Source: an uncultured Clostridia bacterium (GTDB lineage Bacteria > Bacillota > Clostridia > TANB77 > CAG-508). Taken from it: a stretch of 64,000 nucleotides of DNA. Location: assembly GCA_963931155.1 (NCBI GenBank), contig OZ006978.1:1300692-1364691 (forward strand). The letters run 5' to 3'. A program made the position numbers and the translations under genes. The notes under the pieces were generated by a model, which saw only the letters and a program-made list of their open reading frames with translations, had not been told where the DNA came from and searched no databases. Numbering within the stretch: position 1 is the stretch's first letter; every line of letters begins with the position of its first letter. Shown piece by piece: positions 10,192 through 19,566 of this stretch.

Positions 10192-11379
10192 ATGACATAT
10201 AATCCAATAAGTGTAACAGAACTAAATAAATACATAAAAAACAAAATTGATTCAGATGAAGTATTAAATAATGTTTTAGTAAAGGGAGAAATTTCAAATT
10301 ACAAGCATCATTATACAGGGCATTTATATTTTACTTTGAAAGATGAAAATTCTTTAATAAAGTGCATAATGTTTAAAAGCTCAGCTGTTAGATTGAAATT
10401 TGAACCACGTGATGGAATGAAAGTTATGGCATTTGGTACAGTATCTGTATTTGAAAGAGACGGTGTATATCAAATATATGTCAAAGCAATGCAAGAAGAT
10501 GGTATGGGAAGCTTATATAAAGCATATGAAGAATTGAAAGCTAAACTTGAAAAAGAAGGGCTTTTTGATGTAAATCACAAAAAGCAAATCCCAACATTTC
10601 CAAAATGTATAGGTGTTCTCACATCAAATACTGGGGCAGTTATAAAAGATATAATTAATGTGTCTACAAGAAGAAATCCAAATGTATACATTAAATTACT
10701 TCCAGTTCCAGTACAAGGTGAAGGAGCGGCTGAAAAAATAGCAGATGCAATAAAATTAATGAATGACAAACAATTAGCTGATGTAATAATAATAGCCAGA
10801 GGTGGAGGTTCATTAGAAGATTTATGGCCATTTAATGAAGAAATTGTCGCAAGAGCAATATATGATTCGAAATTACCTGTAATATCAGCTGTGGGGCATG
10901 AAACTGATTTTACGATTGCAGATTTTGTTGCAGATTTAAGAGCACCAACACCTTCTTCAGCAGCAGAGTTAGCAGTACCAAACATATCAGATTTAGTTTT
11001 AAAATTAGACTCATATAGTAATAGATTTAAATTGGCACTAAAGAAAAAAGTAGAGCTAATGCGACTAAGATATGAAAAGTGTATGAATAGTAGAGTGTTT
11101 AAAGAGCCAACACAAAAAATAAATGAAAAATATATGATTATAGATTTAAAAATAAAATCTATTCAAAATAGTATGATGAGCATATATAAAGATAAAAAGA
11201 CAAATATGATAAAACAAATATCTAAACTAGATGCTTTAAGTCCATTAAAAACTTTAACAAGAGGTTATTCAATAATTCAAAAAAATGGAAAAGTTATAAA
11301 ATCAGTTAGTGATGTAAAAAAAGATGATGAAGTAGATTTAAGGCTAACAGATGGAATAGCAAAGGCAAAAATTTTATAA
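10192..11379 (+). CDS. xseA: exodeoxyribonuclease VII large subunit
   Basis: OB-fold N-terminus and ExoVII catalytic domain motifs (ARGGGSLEDLWPFNEE). Confidence 0.9.
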   Translation: MTYNPISVTELNKYIKNKIDSDEVLNNVLVKGEISNYKHHYTGHLYFTLKDENSLIKCIMFKSSAVRLKFEPRDGMKVMAFGTVSVFERDGVYQIYVKAMQEDGMGSLYKAYEELKAKLEKEGLFDVNHKKQIPTFPKCIGVLTSNTGAVIKDIINVSTRRNPNVYIKLLPVPVQGEGAAEKIADAIKLMNDKQLADVIIIARGGGSLEDLWPFNEEIVARAIYDSKLPVISAVGHETDFTIADFVADLRAPTPSSAAELAVPNISDLVLKLDSYSNRFKLALKKKVELMRLRYEKCMNSRVFKEPTQKINEKYMIIDLKIKSIQNSMMSIYKDKKTNMIKQISKLDALSPLKTLTRGYSIIQKNGKVIKSVSDVKKDDEVDLRLTDGIAKAKIL

Positions 11380-11391
11380 GGAGGAATACAT

Positions 11392-11895
11392 ATGAGTAAA
11401 GGTACAAAAAAAGTTGTAGGAGTAGTTATAATAATTGTTTTAATATTATTAGTATCGTGGCTTGTATATAGAGGAACAAAATCAGAACAAGCTAACATAA
11501 ACGAGATAAATACAATGCAAAGTGAAGATATGAAAATATCAAATGAAGTAAATGAAATAATTGAAGAAAACAATGTAGTAGAGGAAGAAGTGGCTATACC
11601 TGAAGAAGATAATAATGAAGAAGAAGCTGTGAAAACAACAGAAGAAGAGGAAAAACCAAAACAAAGCTCTACATCTAATTCTGAAGTTGTGGCCGGAACT
11701 AATGCTGATAGAGAAAAAAGAGCAGTAGAACTAGCTAAAAAATATTATGAAAATGAATATGGTAGTACAGAAGGTTTGAATTTTGAAGTTGATGATATAG
11801 ATGGAGCAGGAAGATATATAGTAAAATATGGAACTCCTGATAGATCTATGTATTTATACGTTAACTTAAGTACAGAAACAGTTTCAGAAAAATAA
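11392..11895 (+). CDS. hypothetical membrane-anchored acidic protein
   Basis: Strong SD (TAAGGAGG), N-terminal TM, Glu-rich linker. Inserted between xseA and xseB. Confidence 0.5.
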   Translation: MSKGTKKVVGVVIIIVLILLVSWLVYRGTKSEQANINEINTMQSEDMKISNEVNEIIEENNVVEEEVAIPEEDNNEEEAVKTTEEEEKPKQSSTSNSEVVAGTNADREKRAVELAKKYYENEYGSTEGLNFEVDDIDGAGRYIVKYGTPDRSMYLYVNLSTETVSEK

Positions 11896-11907
11896 AGGAG
11901 AATTATA

Positions 11908-12141
11908 ATGGAAGAGAATACAAGCTTTGAAGATAAAATGAAAAAATTAGAAGAAATTGCATTAGAACTTGAAAAAGGAGAATTAAACTTAGATGATTCA
12001 GTATCTAAATTTGAAGAGGGAATGAAGTTATCTAAAGAATGTAACAAAATGCTTGAAGAAGCAGAAAAGAAAATTACAATGCTTATAAAAGATGAAGACG
12101 GTAATTTATCAGAAGAGAAATTTGTACAAAACGAGGAATAG
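11908..12141 (+). CDS. xseB: exodeoxyribonuclease VII small subunit
   Basis: 77-aa XseB-like coiled-coil sequence (FEDKMKKLEEIALELEKGELNLDDSVSKFEEGMKL). Confidence 0.85.
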   Translation: MEENTSFEDKMKKLEEIALELEKGELNLDDSVSKFEEGMKLSKECNKMLEEAEKKITMLIKDEDGNLSEEKFVQNEE

Positions 12142-12146
12142 GAAAG

Positions 12147-12584
12147 ATGATGGGGTTTATTTACGAATACAGATATTTAATAATACCATTTGCAACATGG
12201 TTTTTTATACAACTTTTTAAGTTAATATATGATTTAGTAACTACAAAAAAATTTAATTTTAAAAGAATATTAGGTGCAGGAGGAATGCCAAGTTCTCACT
12301 CTGCAGTTGTTATTGCATTAGCTACAATGATAGGCAAAAATTATGGGGTAAATTCTGCAATATTTGGATTGTCCGTAGTATTTGCATTTGTAGTAATGTA
12401 TGATGCGGCAGGAGTAAGAAGAGCAGCAGGAAAGCAAGCAAAACTTCTTAACAAAATAGTTCAAACACCAGGACTTACAAATGTAGAAGTTACAGAAAAA
12501 CTACAGGAAGTTCTAGGACATACACCAGTACAAGTTTTTGTTGGTGCTTTAATTGGGGTAATAGTAGGTCTAATATTTGGTTAG
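12147..12584 (+). CDS. divergent PAP2 family membrane protein
   Basis: Motifs GGMPSSHSA and VVMYDAAGVRR typical of the divergent PAP2 (DUF212) family. Start may be 12150. Confidence 0.7.
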   Translation: MMGFIYEYRYLIIPFATWFFIQLFKLIYDLVTTKKFNFKRILGAGGMPSSHSAVVIALATMIGKNYGVNSAIFGLSVVFAFVVMYDAAGVRRAAGKQAKLLNKIVQTPGLTNVEVTEKLQEVLGHTPVQVFVGALIGVIVGLIFG

Positions 12585-12598
12585 AAAGAAGGTAAGTT

Positions 12599-14260
12599 AT
12601 GGGAGATGTAGAGATTGCAAGAAACACAAGACTAGAAAAAATACAAAAAATTGCAGAAAGTATAGGAATTCCAGATGAAAGTTTAGAGCTATATGGAAAA
12701 TATAAAGCTAAAATAAATTTAAATATAATGAAAAATTTAAAAGCTAAAAAAGATGGAAAACTAGTTTTAGTAACTGCAATAAATCCAACACCATTAGGAG
12801 AAGGTAAAACAACAATGGCAATAGGACTTGCAGATGGGCTTAAAAAAATTGGAGAAAAGCCAATTTTAGCTTTAAGAGAACCATCTTTAGGACCAGTATT
12901 TGGAATAAAAGGTGGAGCAACAGGTGGAGGACATTCACAAATAGCCCCAATGGAGGATATTAATTTACATTTTACAGGAGACATTCATGCAATTACATCT
13001 GCTAACAATCTTCTATCTGCCATGATAGATAACCACATTTATTTTGGAAACAGCCTTGGATTTGATAAAGTAACATGGAAAAGGTGTGTTGATTTAAATG
13101 ATAGACAACTAAGAAAAGTAGAAACAGGACTATCTGGTGAAAAGAAAGTTGTGCCAAGAGAAGATGGTTTTGATATATCTGTTGCATCAGAAATAATGGC
13201 AATATTTTGCTTAGCTACTGATATAAACGACTTAAAAAGGAGAATTGGAAATATAATTGTTGGATATACTAAGGATGAAAAGCCGATAACAGCACGAGAT
13301 TTAAAGGCTGATGGAGCATTAACTGTTCTATTAAAAGATGCATTAAATCCAAACTTAGTTCAAACTTTAGAAAAAGTGCCAGCTATTGTACATGGTGGTC
13401 CATTTGCTAATATAGCTCATGGATGTAATAGTATTATTGCAACTCGTCTTGCACTAAAGTTAGGAGATTACGTAATAACAGAAGCAGGATTTGGAGCTGA
13501 TTTAGGTGCAGAAAAATTCTTGGATATAAAATGCAGAAAGGCAGAAATCAAACCAGATGCAGTAGTTTGCGTGGCTACAATTAAAGCATTAAAATATCAT
13601 GGTGGAATGACAAAAGATGAAATTCAAAACGAAAGTATTGAAGCGTTAGAAAGAGGATTTAACAATCTTTTAAGACATGTAGATAACTTAAAAAACAAAT
13701 ATGGTTTAAATGTAATTGTAGCAATAAATAAATATACGCAAGACACAGAAAATGAAATTGAATTTTTGCGTAACAAATTAAAAGAGCAAGGAATAGAATT
13801 AAGTTTAGTAGAAAGTTGGGAAAAAGGTGGAGAAGGTGCTACAGATTTAGCTGAAAAAATTGTTGAATTAACAAAAAAAGATTCTAAATTACATTACATG
13901 TATGATTTAAAAGAAAGCTTAAAAGAGAAATTACAGGATGTGGCAACAAAAGTATATGGAGCAGAGGGAGTAGAATATACCAAAGAAGCAGAAGAACAAA
14001 TAAAAAGAATAGAAGAATTAGGATATGGAAACTTACCTGTATGTATTGCTAAAACACAATATTCTTTTTCTGATGACCAAAAGAATTTGGAGTGCTTAGA
14101 ACCATTTAAAATACATGTAAATGAAGTTATATTAAAATCTGGAGCTGAATTTGTTGTAGCTATAACAGGAAAAATAATGACAATGCCAGGACTTCCAAAG
14201 GTTCCGGCAGCAGAAAATATAGATTTAGATGAAGACGGAAATATAATTGGAATATTTTAA
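12599..14260 (+). CDS. fhs: formate--tetrahydrofolate ligase
   Basis: 553 aa with P-loop PTPLGEGKTT and FTHFS family motifs throughout. Confidence 0.95.
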   Translation: MGDVEIARNTRLEKIQKIAESIGIPDESLELYGKYKAKINLNIMKNLKAKKDGKLVLVTAINPTPLGEGKTTMAIGLADGLKKIGEKPILALREPSLGPVFGIKGGATGGGHSQIAPMEDINLHFTGDIHAITSANNLLSAMIDNHIYFGNSLGFDKVTWKRCVDLNDRQLRKVETGLSGEKKVVPREDGFDISVASEIMAIFCLATDINDLKRRIGNIIVGYTKDEKPITARDLKADGALTVLLKDALNPNLVQTLEKVPAIVHGGPFANIAHGCNSIIATRLALKLGDYVITEAGFGADLGAEKFLDIKCRKAEIKPDAVVCVATIKALKYHGGMTKDEIQNESIEALERGFNNLLRHVDNLKNKYGLNVIVAINKYTQDTENEIEFLRNKLKEQGIELSLVESWEKGGEGATDLAEKIVELTKKDSKLHYMYDLKESLKEKLQDVATKVYGAEGVEYTKEAEEQIKRIEELGYGNLPVCIAKTQYSFSDDQKNLECLEPFKIHVNEVILKSGAEFVVAITGKIMTMPGLPKVPAAENIDLDEDGNIIGIF

Positions 14261-14338
14261 TAAAATGTATAATAACACCAATTTCGGATAAAATAAGATA
14301 AAATTGTTTATTTTGTTTATAGAAAGTGGTGTTTTATA

Positions 14339-15058
14339 TTGGCTTTAAAAGTAAAAAAGAATATAAAAGCAATTATAATAATCTTTTTAGTTAGCTCAAT
14401 ATTTATTTCATACAATGTGTTCTTTAGAAATAACGAGATATATGCATTATCTAAATATGGCTCAAGAGGAGAAGAGGTAAGAACAATACAAACAAAATTA
14501 AAAAGATGGGGATATTATAACGGAAATGTGGATGGAATATATGGAAGTCAAACATTAGAAGCAGTAAAAAGATTTCAAAAAAAGAATGGATTAGTAGTAG
14601 ATGGAATAGCAGGAACTAAAACATTACAAGCAATGGGAATATTTAACTCATCAGGGAACAGTGGAAATTCAGGAAGTTCATCGAATAATTCAAGTTCATC
14701 AACAAATTCAAATGATTTAAACTTATTAAGTAGACTGGTGTATGGAGAAGCAAGAGGAGAACCCTATACAGGGCAAGTGGCAGTAGCAGCAGTGGTTTTA
14801 AATAGGGTAAGAAATAGCTCATTTCCCAATACTGTATCAGGAGTAATTTATCAAAAAGGAGCATTTGATGTAGTAAGTGATGGACAAATAAATTTAACCC
14901 CAAATGATACTGCAAAAAAAGCAGCACAAGATGCATTAAATGGGTGGGATCCATCTAATGGAGCAATATACTATTTTAATCCAGCAACAGCTACTAATAA
15001 ATGGATTTGGTCTAGACCAATGACAGTCACAATAGGAAAACACAGATTTTGCAAATAA
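14339..15058 (+). CDS. cell wall hydrolase (SleB/CwlJ-type) with peptidoglycan-binding domain
   Basis: PG_binding_1 motif (RWGYYNGNVDGIYGSQTLEAVKRFQ), Ser/Asn linker, SleB-like C-terminal domain (GEARGEPYTGQVAVAAVVLNRV). Apparent TTG start. Confidence 0.75.
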   Translation: MALKVKKNIKAIIIIFLVSSIFISYNVFFRNNEIYALSKYGSRGEEVRTIQTKLKRWGYYNGNVDGIYGSQTLEAVKRFQKKNGLVVDGIAGTKTLQAMGIFNSSGNSGNSGSSSNNSSSSTNSNDLNLLSRLVYGEARGEPYTGQVAVAAVVLNRVRNSSFPNTVSGVIYQKGAFDVVSDGQINLTPNDTAKKAAQDALNGWDPSNGAIYYFNPATATNKWIWSRPMTVTIGKHRFCK

Positions 15059-15278
15059 AATGTCAGTTTAGGGGACAGGCTCTTTAGTGCCATTTATGTC
15101 ACTTTTAGGGACAGACTATACCTTAAATTTATCTATATCACTTTTAGGTAACAGGCTACTAAAAGAAAATCTATTATAACTGAGTAGAGCCTGTCCCCAT
15201 TGATGACAAGTCTGGCACAAAAGAGCCTGTCCCCATTGATGACAAGTCTGGCAGAAAAGAGCCTGTCCCTTTTGGTGA
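15051..15278 (+). repeat. array of the ~36-bp repeat: three forward then three inverted units, forming a long imperfect palindrome
   Basis: Units tgtcagtttaggggacaggctc... followed by three reverse-complement units gagcctgtccccattgatgacaagtctggca. Two of the reverse units are identical. Confidence 0.65.
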
Positions 15279-15307
15279 CAAGTTTGGCAAAAGCACTTGA
15301 AAAAAGT
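15279..15307 (+). terminator. rho-independent terminator
   Basis: Hairpin aaagcactt-gaaaaa-agtgcttttttc. Confidence 0.6.
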
Positions 15308-15362
15308 GCTTTTTTCATGTAAAATATAGTAGTTAAATGGGAGCAGAGAGGATAGAATTTTA

Positions 15363-16772
15363 ATGAAAAAATCGGATATAGAAAATGAATTAACATATAT
15401 AGATAAAGTTAAAACAATAAATGATGGGAAGAATTTGAAATATTACATATTAACCATGGGGTGCCAGCTAAATGAGAATGATTCTGAAAAGATTTGTGGT
15501 ATGGCTGAGAAAATGGGTTATACTGAGACTGATGATATAATGGATGCAGATTTGGTTATATATAATACTTGTTGTGTAAGAGAAAATGCTGAAGAAAAGC
15601 TTTTTGGTAAGTTAGGTGAGGTTAAAAAGCAAAAGGAAGCAAAGGGGACAATAATTGCTATTGGTGGTTGCATGATGCAAGAAAAGCATATTGTTGATAA
15701 AATAAAGAAAAGTTATAAATATGATGTTATTTTTGGTACTCATACTTTGTATAAATTTCCAAAGGATTTATATGATGCTATAATTGATAATAGAAAAATA
15801 ACAGATATATTGGATATTGATGGAGAGATTATAGAAGGGCTTCCTATTAAAAGAGATGATAATATAAGAGCATCTGTTACTATAATGAATGGATGCAACA
15901 ATTTTTGTACATATTGTATTGTTCCATATGTGCGTGGTAGAGAAAGAAGTAGAAGTCCAGAAGATATTTTGCAAGAGATAAGCAATTTAGCAAAGGAAGG
16001 CTACAAAGAAATTACGTTGCTTGGACAAAATGTTAACTCATACATGAGAGTTGAAAGGGAGAAAGGCGAAGTTACATCAGAGATAAATTCATTTGCTAAA
16101 TTATTAAGAGCTGTTAATGAAATTGATGGAATAGAAAAAATTAGATTTATTTCACCACATCCTAAGGATTTTACAGATGACGTTATAGAGGCTATAAGAG
16201 ATTGTAAAAATGTTTCTAAGTTTATTCATTTGCCACTTCAATCTGGTAGTACAAATGTGCTTAAAGTGATGAATAGAGTTTATACAAAAGAGCAATATTT
16301 AAATTTAGTTGATAAGATGAAAAAAATGATTCCTAATGTAAAGTTCTCTACAGATATAATCGTAGGCTTTCCAGGAGAAACAGAAGAGGATTTTGAAGAT
16401 ACTTTAGATGTGGTAAGAAAGGTTAAATTCGAGCAAATTTTTATGTTTATATATTCTAGAAGAAAAGGAACACCAGCTGATGAAATGGAAAATCAAATTC
16501 CAGAAGATATTAAACATAAAAGATTTGATAGATTAAAAGAGTTATATGAAAGATTAGTAGAAGAAAACAATAAAGAGTATATAGGCAAAAACTTTGAATT
16601 GCTTGTAGAAGGATATAGCAAAACAAATAATAAATTTTTAACAGGAAGAACAGATACTAATAAAGTAGTTATATTTGAAGCAGCTGAGGATGCAATTGGA
16701 AAAGTTGTAAATGTAAAAATAATATCTGAACATAAATGGTATTTAAAAGGAGAGATATTAGAGCTAAATTAG
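15363..16772 (+). CDS. miaB: tRNA (N6-isopentenyl-A37) methylthiotransferase, radical SAM
   Basis: MTTase N-terminal domain, CNNFCTYC radical-SAM motif, C-terminal TRAM domain. Confidence 0.85.
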   Translation: MKKSDIENELTYIDKVKTINDGKNLKYYILTMGCQLNENDSEKICGMAEKMGYTETDDIMDADLVIYNTCCVRENAEEKLFGKLGEVKKQKEAKGTIIAIGGCMMQEKHIVDKIKKSYKYDVIFGTHTLYKFPKDLYDAIIDNRKITDILDIDGEIIEGLPIKRDDNIRASVTIMNGCNNFCTYCIVPYVRGRERSRSPEDILQEISNLAKEGYKEITLLGQNVNSYMRVEREKGEVTSEINSFAKLLRAVNEIDGIEKIRFISPHPKDFTDDVIEAIRDCKNVSKFIHLPLQSGSTNVLKVMNRVYTKEQYLNLVDKMKKMIPNVKFSTDIIVGFPGETEEDFEDTLDVVRKVKFEQIFMFIYSRRKGTPADEMENQIPEDIKHKRFDRLKELYERLVEENNKEYIGKNFELLVEGYSKTNNKFLTGRTDTNKVVIFEAAEDAIGKVVNVKIISEHKWYLKGEILELN

Positions 16773-16786
16773 CTCGAATGGAGGTT
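16761..16786 (+). promoter_or_regulatory. conserved stem-loop + SD motif (gagcNaaatNgctc-gaatggaggtt) before mutS
   Basis: 5-bp stem gagct/agctc immediately 5' of the GGAGG. A near-identical motif with a compensatory change sits before lysS at 62670. Confidence 0.45.
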
Positions 16787-16792
16787 AAAATA

Positions 16793-19411
16793 ATGGCAGG
16801 ATATTCACCAATGATGCAACATTATTTGGATACTAAAAATCAATACAAAGATTGTATACTATTTTATAGATTAGGCGATTTTTATGAAATGTTTTTTGAT
16901 GATGCAATTAATGTTTCTAGAGAATTAGAGCTAACACTTACAGGAAAAGAGTGTGGAATGGAAGAAAGAGCACCTATGTGTGGTGTTCCATATCATGCGG
17001 CAGAAAATTATATTTCAAAACTTATAGCTAAAGGATATAAAGTTGCTATTTGTGAGCAAATGGAAGATCCCAAAAAAGCCAAAGGAATGGTTAAAAGAGA
17101 TGTTATAAGAGTTATAACACCAGGAACTGTTATAGAGGCTAATTTACTAGACGATAGGAAAAATAATTATATAATGTGTGTTTATAAAAATGGGATATAT
17201 TTTGGGATAACTGTATGTGATGTGACAACAGGTGATTTTAGAACAACTGAAATAAGAGAAACAAATAACTTTACATCTCTTATGGACGAAATTTCAAAAT
17301 ATTCTCCAGCAGAACTTGTTGTGAATCAAATGATGTTCGATTCTAAAGAAGAAATTGACAAGATAAAAGAAAGATTTGAGGTATATGTAACAAGACTTGA
17401 TGAAGACAAATTTGTAAATAATAAAGAAAAACTAATAGAAAAATATAAAATTATAGATGATGAAAATAATGAAATTGAAAATATAGAAGCATATAATTTA
17501 TCAATACCTGCTACAAATGCTCTACTAGCGTATTTATTAGACACTCAAAAAAATAGTTTAGACCATATAAATAAATTGGTAATATATAATACAACTAAAT
17601 ATATGGCATTAGACATAAATGCCAGAAGAAATTTAGAAATAACAGAGAAACTTAGAGATAAAACTAAAAAAGGAACTCTTTTATGGGTGCTAGATAAATC
17701 CTCAACATCTATGGGAGGAAGACTTATTAGAAGATGGCTTAATAATCCTTTAATAAGCACAAAAAAAATAAACCAAAGGTTAGATGCAGTAGCTGAATTA
17801 AAGGATAATATTATATTAAGAGGAGATATAATAGATAGCTTAAAAAAAGTATATGATATAGAAAGATTAGCAGGAAAGATATCATATGGAAGTGCTAATG
17901 GTAGAGATTTAATTTCTCTTAAAACATCAGCAGGTCAACTTCCAGGAGTAAAGAAAGTGCTTGCTAATTGTAAGTCTGAGCTTTTGGTAAATTTGTATAA
18001 TAATTTAGATACATTAGAAGATATATATGAACTAATAGATAAAACAATAGTTGAAGAACCACCAATTAGTGTAAAAGAAGGTGGATTAATAAAACTTGGA
18101 TTTAATGAAGAAGTTGATAAATTAAAAACAGCAACAACAGATGGCAAAAAATGGATTGTGCAATTAGAAGCGGAAGAAAGAGAAAAAACAGGCATAAAAG
18201 CTCTAAAAGTTGGATTTAACAAAGTATTTGGATATTATATAGAAGTTTCAAAATCAAATATTTCATTAGTGCCAACAGATAGATATATTAGAAAGCAAAC
18301 TCTAACAAATGGTGAAAGATATATTACAGAAGAATTAAAAAACTTAGAAAACCAAATACTTGGAGCAGAAGAAAAGGTTGTTAATTTAGAGTATGATATA
18401 TTTGTAAAAGTAAGAGATAAAATAGAAGCACAAATAGAAAGAATACAAAAAACAGCAGAAACTATAGCAACACTAGATGCACTTTCAGCATTTGCAACAG
18501 TTGCAGAAGACCAAAATTATGTAAGACCAAATGTTGATAATAGTGGGATAATAGATATAAAAGATGGACGTCACCCAGTAATAGAAAAAATATTACCAAG
18601 TGGAAGTTTTGTTCAAAATGATACATATTTAGATAAAAATGATAATAGATTAGCAATAATTACAGGACCTAATATGGCAGGAAAATCTACATATATGAGA
18701 CAAGTGGCATTAATAGTACTAATGGCTCAAGTTGGAAGCTTTGTACCTGCATCTAGTGCTAGTATTGGAGTAGTTGATAAAATATTTACAAGAGTAGGGG
18801 CGTCTGATGACTTAAGCATGGGACAAAGTACATTTATGGTAGAAATGATGGAAGTGGCTCAAATATTAAAAGAAGCAACAGCAAATAGTTTAGTAATACT
18901 GGATGAAATAGGAAGAGGTACATCTACATATGATGGATTATCAATAGCATGGGCTGTTGCAGAATATATTTCAGACAAAGAAAAATGTGGAGCAAAAACA
19001 TTATTTGCAACACATTATCATGAATTAACAGATTTGGAAAACAAGTTAGAAGGTGTAAAAAACTACTCTATTGCTGTAAAAGAAAAGGGAGAAGATATAA
19101 TTTTCTTAAGAAAAATAGTAAACGGAGGAACAGATGAAAGTTATGGAGTGCATGTAGCAAAACTTGCCGGAGTTCCTAGATTAGTTACAAAAAGAGCAAA
19201 TGAAATATTAAAATCAATAGAAAGAAAAAATGTACTTAATAATAAGAAAATAGAAAAAGAAAATAAAAATGTTACAGAAGGTCAACTTACAATGTATAAT
19301 TATAAATTGGCAGAACTTGCCCAAGAACTTGATAAAGTTGATGTTAACGAATTAACACCAATTGAAGCATTAAACACTTTAGTGAAAATAAAAGAGAAGA
19401 TGTCGTCTTAA
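16793..19411 (+). CDS. mutS: DNA mismatch repair protein MutS
   Basis: 872 aa with Walker A GPNMAGKST and MutS domains I-V. Start at the ATG 7 nt after GGAGG. The ORF track extends upstream into miaB. Confidence 0.95.
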   Translation: MAGYSPMMQHYLDTKNQYKDCILFYRLGDFYEMFFDDAINVSRELELTLTGKECGMEERAPMCGVPYHAAENYISKLIAKGYKVAICEQMEDPKKAKGMVKRDVIRVITPGTVIEANLLDDRKNNYIMCVYKNGIYFGITVCDVTTGDFRTTEIRETNNFTSLMDEISKYSPAELVVNQMMFDSKEEIDKIKERFEVYVTRLDEDKFVNNKEKLIEKYKIIDDENNEIENIEAYNLSIPATNALLAYLLDTQKNSLDHINKLVIYNTTKYMALDINARRNLEITEKLRDKTKKGTLLWVLDKSSTSMGGRLIRRWLNNPLISTKKINQRLDAVAELKDNIILRGDIIDSLKKVYDIERLAGKISYGSANGRDLISLKTSAGQLPGVKKVLANCKSELLVNLYNNLDTLEDIYELIDKTIVEEPPISVKEGGLIKLGFNEEVDKLKTATTDGKKWIVQLEAEEREKTGIKALKVGFNKVFGYYIEVSKSNISLVPTDRYIRKQTLTNGERYITEELKNLENQILGAEEKVVNLEYDIFVKVRDKIEAQIERIQKTAETIATLDALSAFATVAEDQNYVRPNVDNSGIIDIKDGRHPVIEKILPSGSFVQNDTYLDKNDNRLAIITGPNMAGKSTYMRQVALIVLMAQVGSFVPASSASIGVVDKIFTRVGASDDLSMGQSTFMVEMMEVAQILKEATANSLVILDEIGRGTSTYDGLSIAWAVAEYISDKEKCGAKTLFATHYHELTDLENKLEGVKNYSIAVKEKGEDIIFLRKIVNGGTDESYGVHVAKLAGVPRLVTKRANEILKSIERKNVLNNKKIEKENKNVTEGQLTMYNYKLAELAQELDKVDVNELTPIEALNTLVKIKEKMSS

Positions 19412-19500
19412 GAACAAAGCGACCTTGGTCGCCCTTTGTTCTTGCCAATTTGAGTATCCAACAGCAATGAGGAAATCTCAAAAGCAATGGTGATTATAAC
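19412..19500 (-). repeat. core of the interspersed MITE/PATE-like element (inverted orientation) with terminator-like hairpin
   Basis: Reverse complement matches the core found at 28544-28639 and 32672-32767. Hairpin gaacaaagcgacc/ggtcgccctttgttc immediately after the mutS stop. Confidence 0.55.
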
Positions 19501-19566
19501 AAATAGTATACTATACTGACACATAAGAATAATAGAGAAGAACTTACTATAATAGGAGGAATTAAT

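Noticed and set aside
15051-15278. Possible CRISPR array
   Set aside because: The repeats are contiguous with no unique spacers, and half are in inverted orientation. No cas genes nearby.
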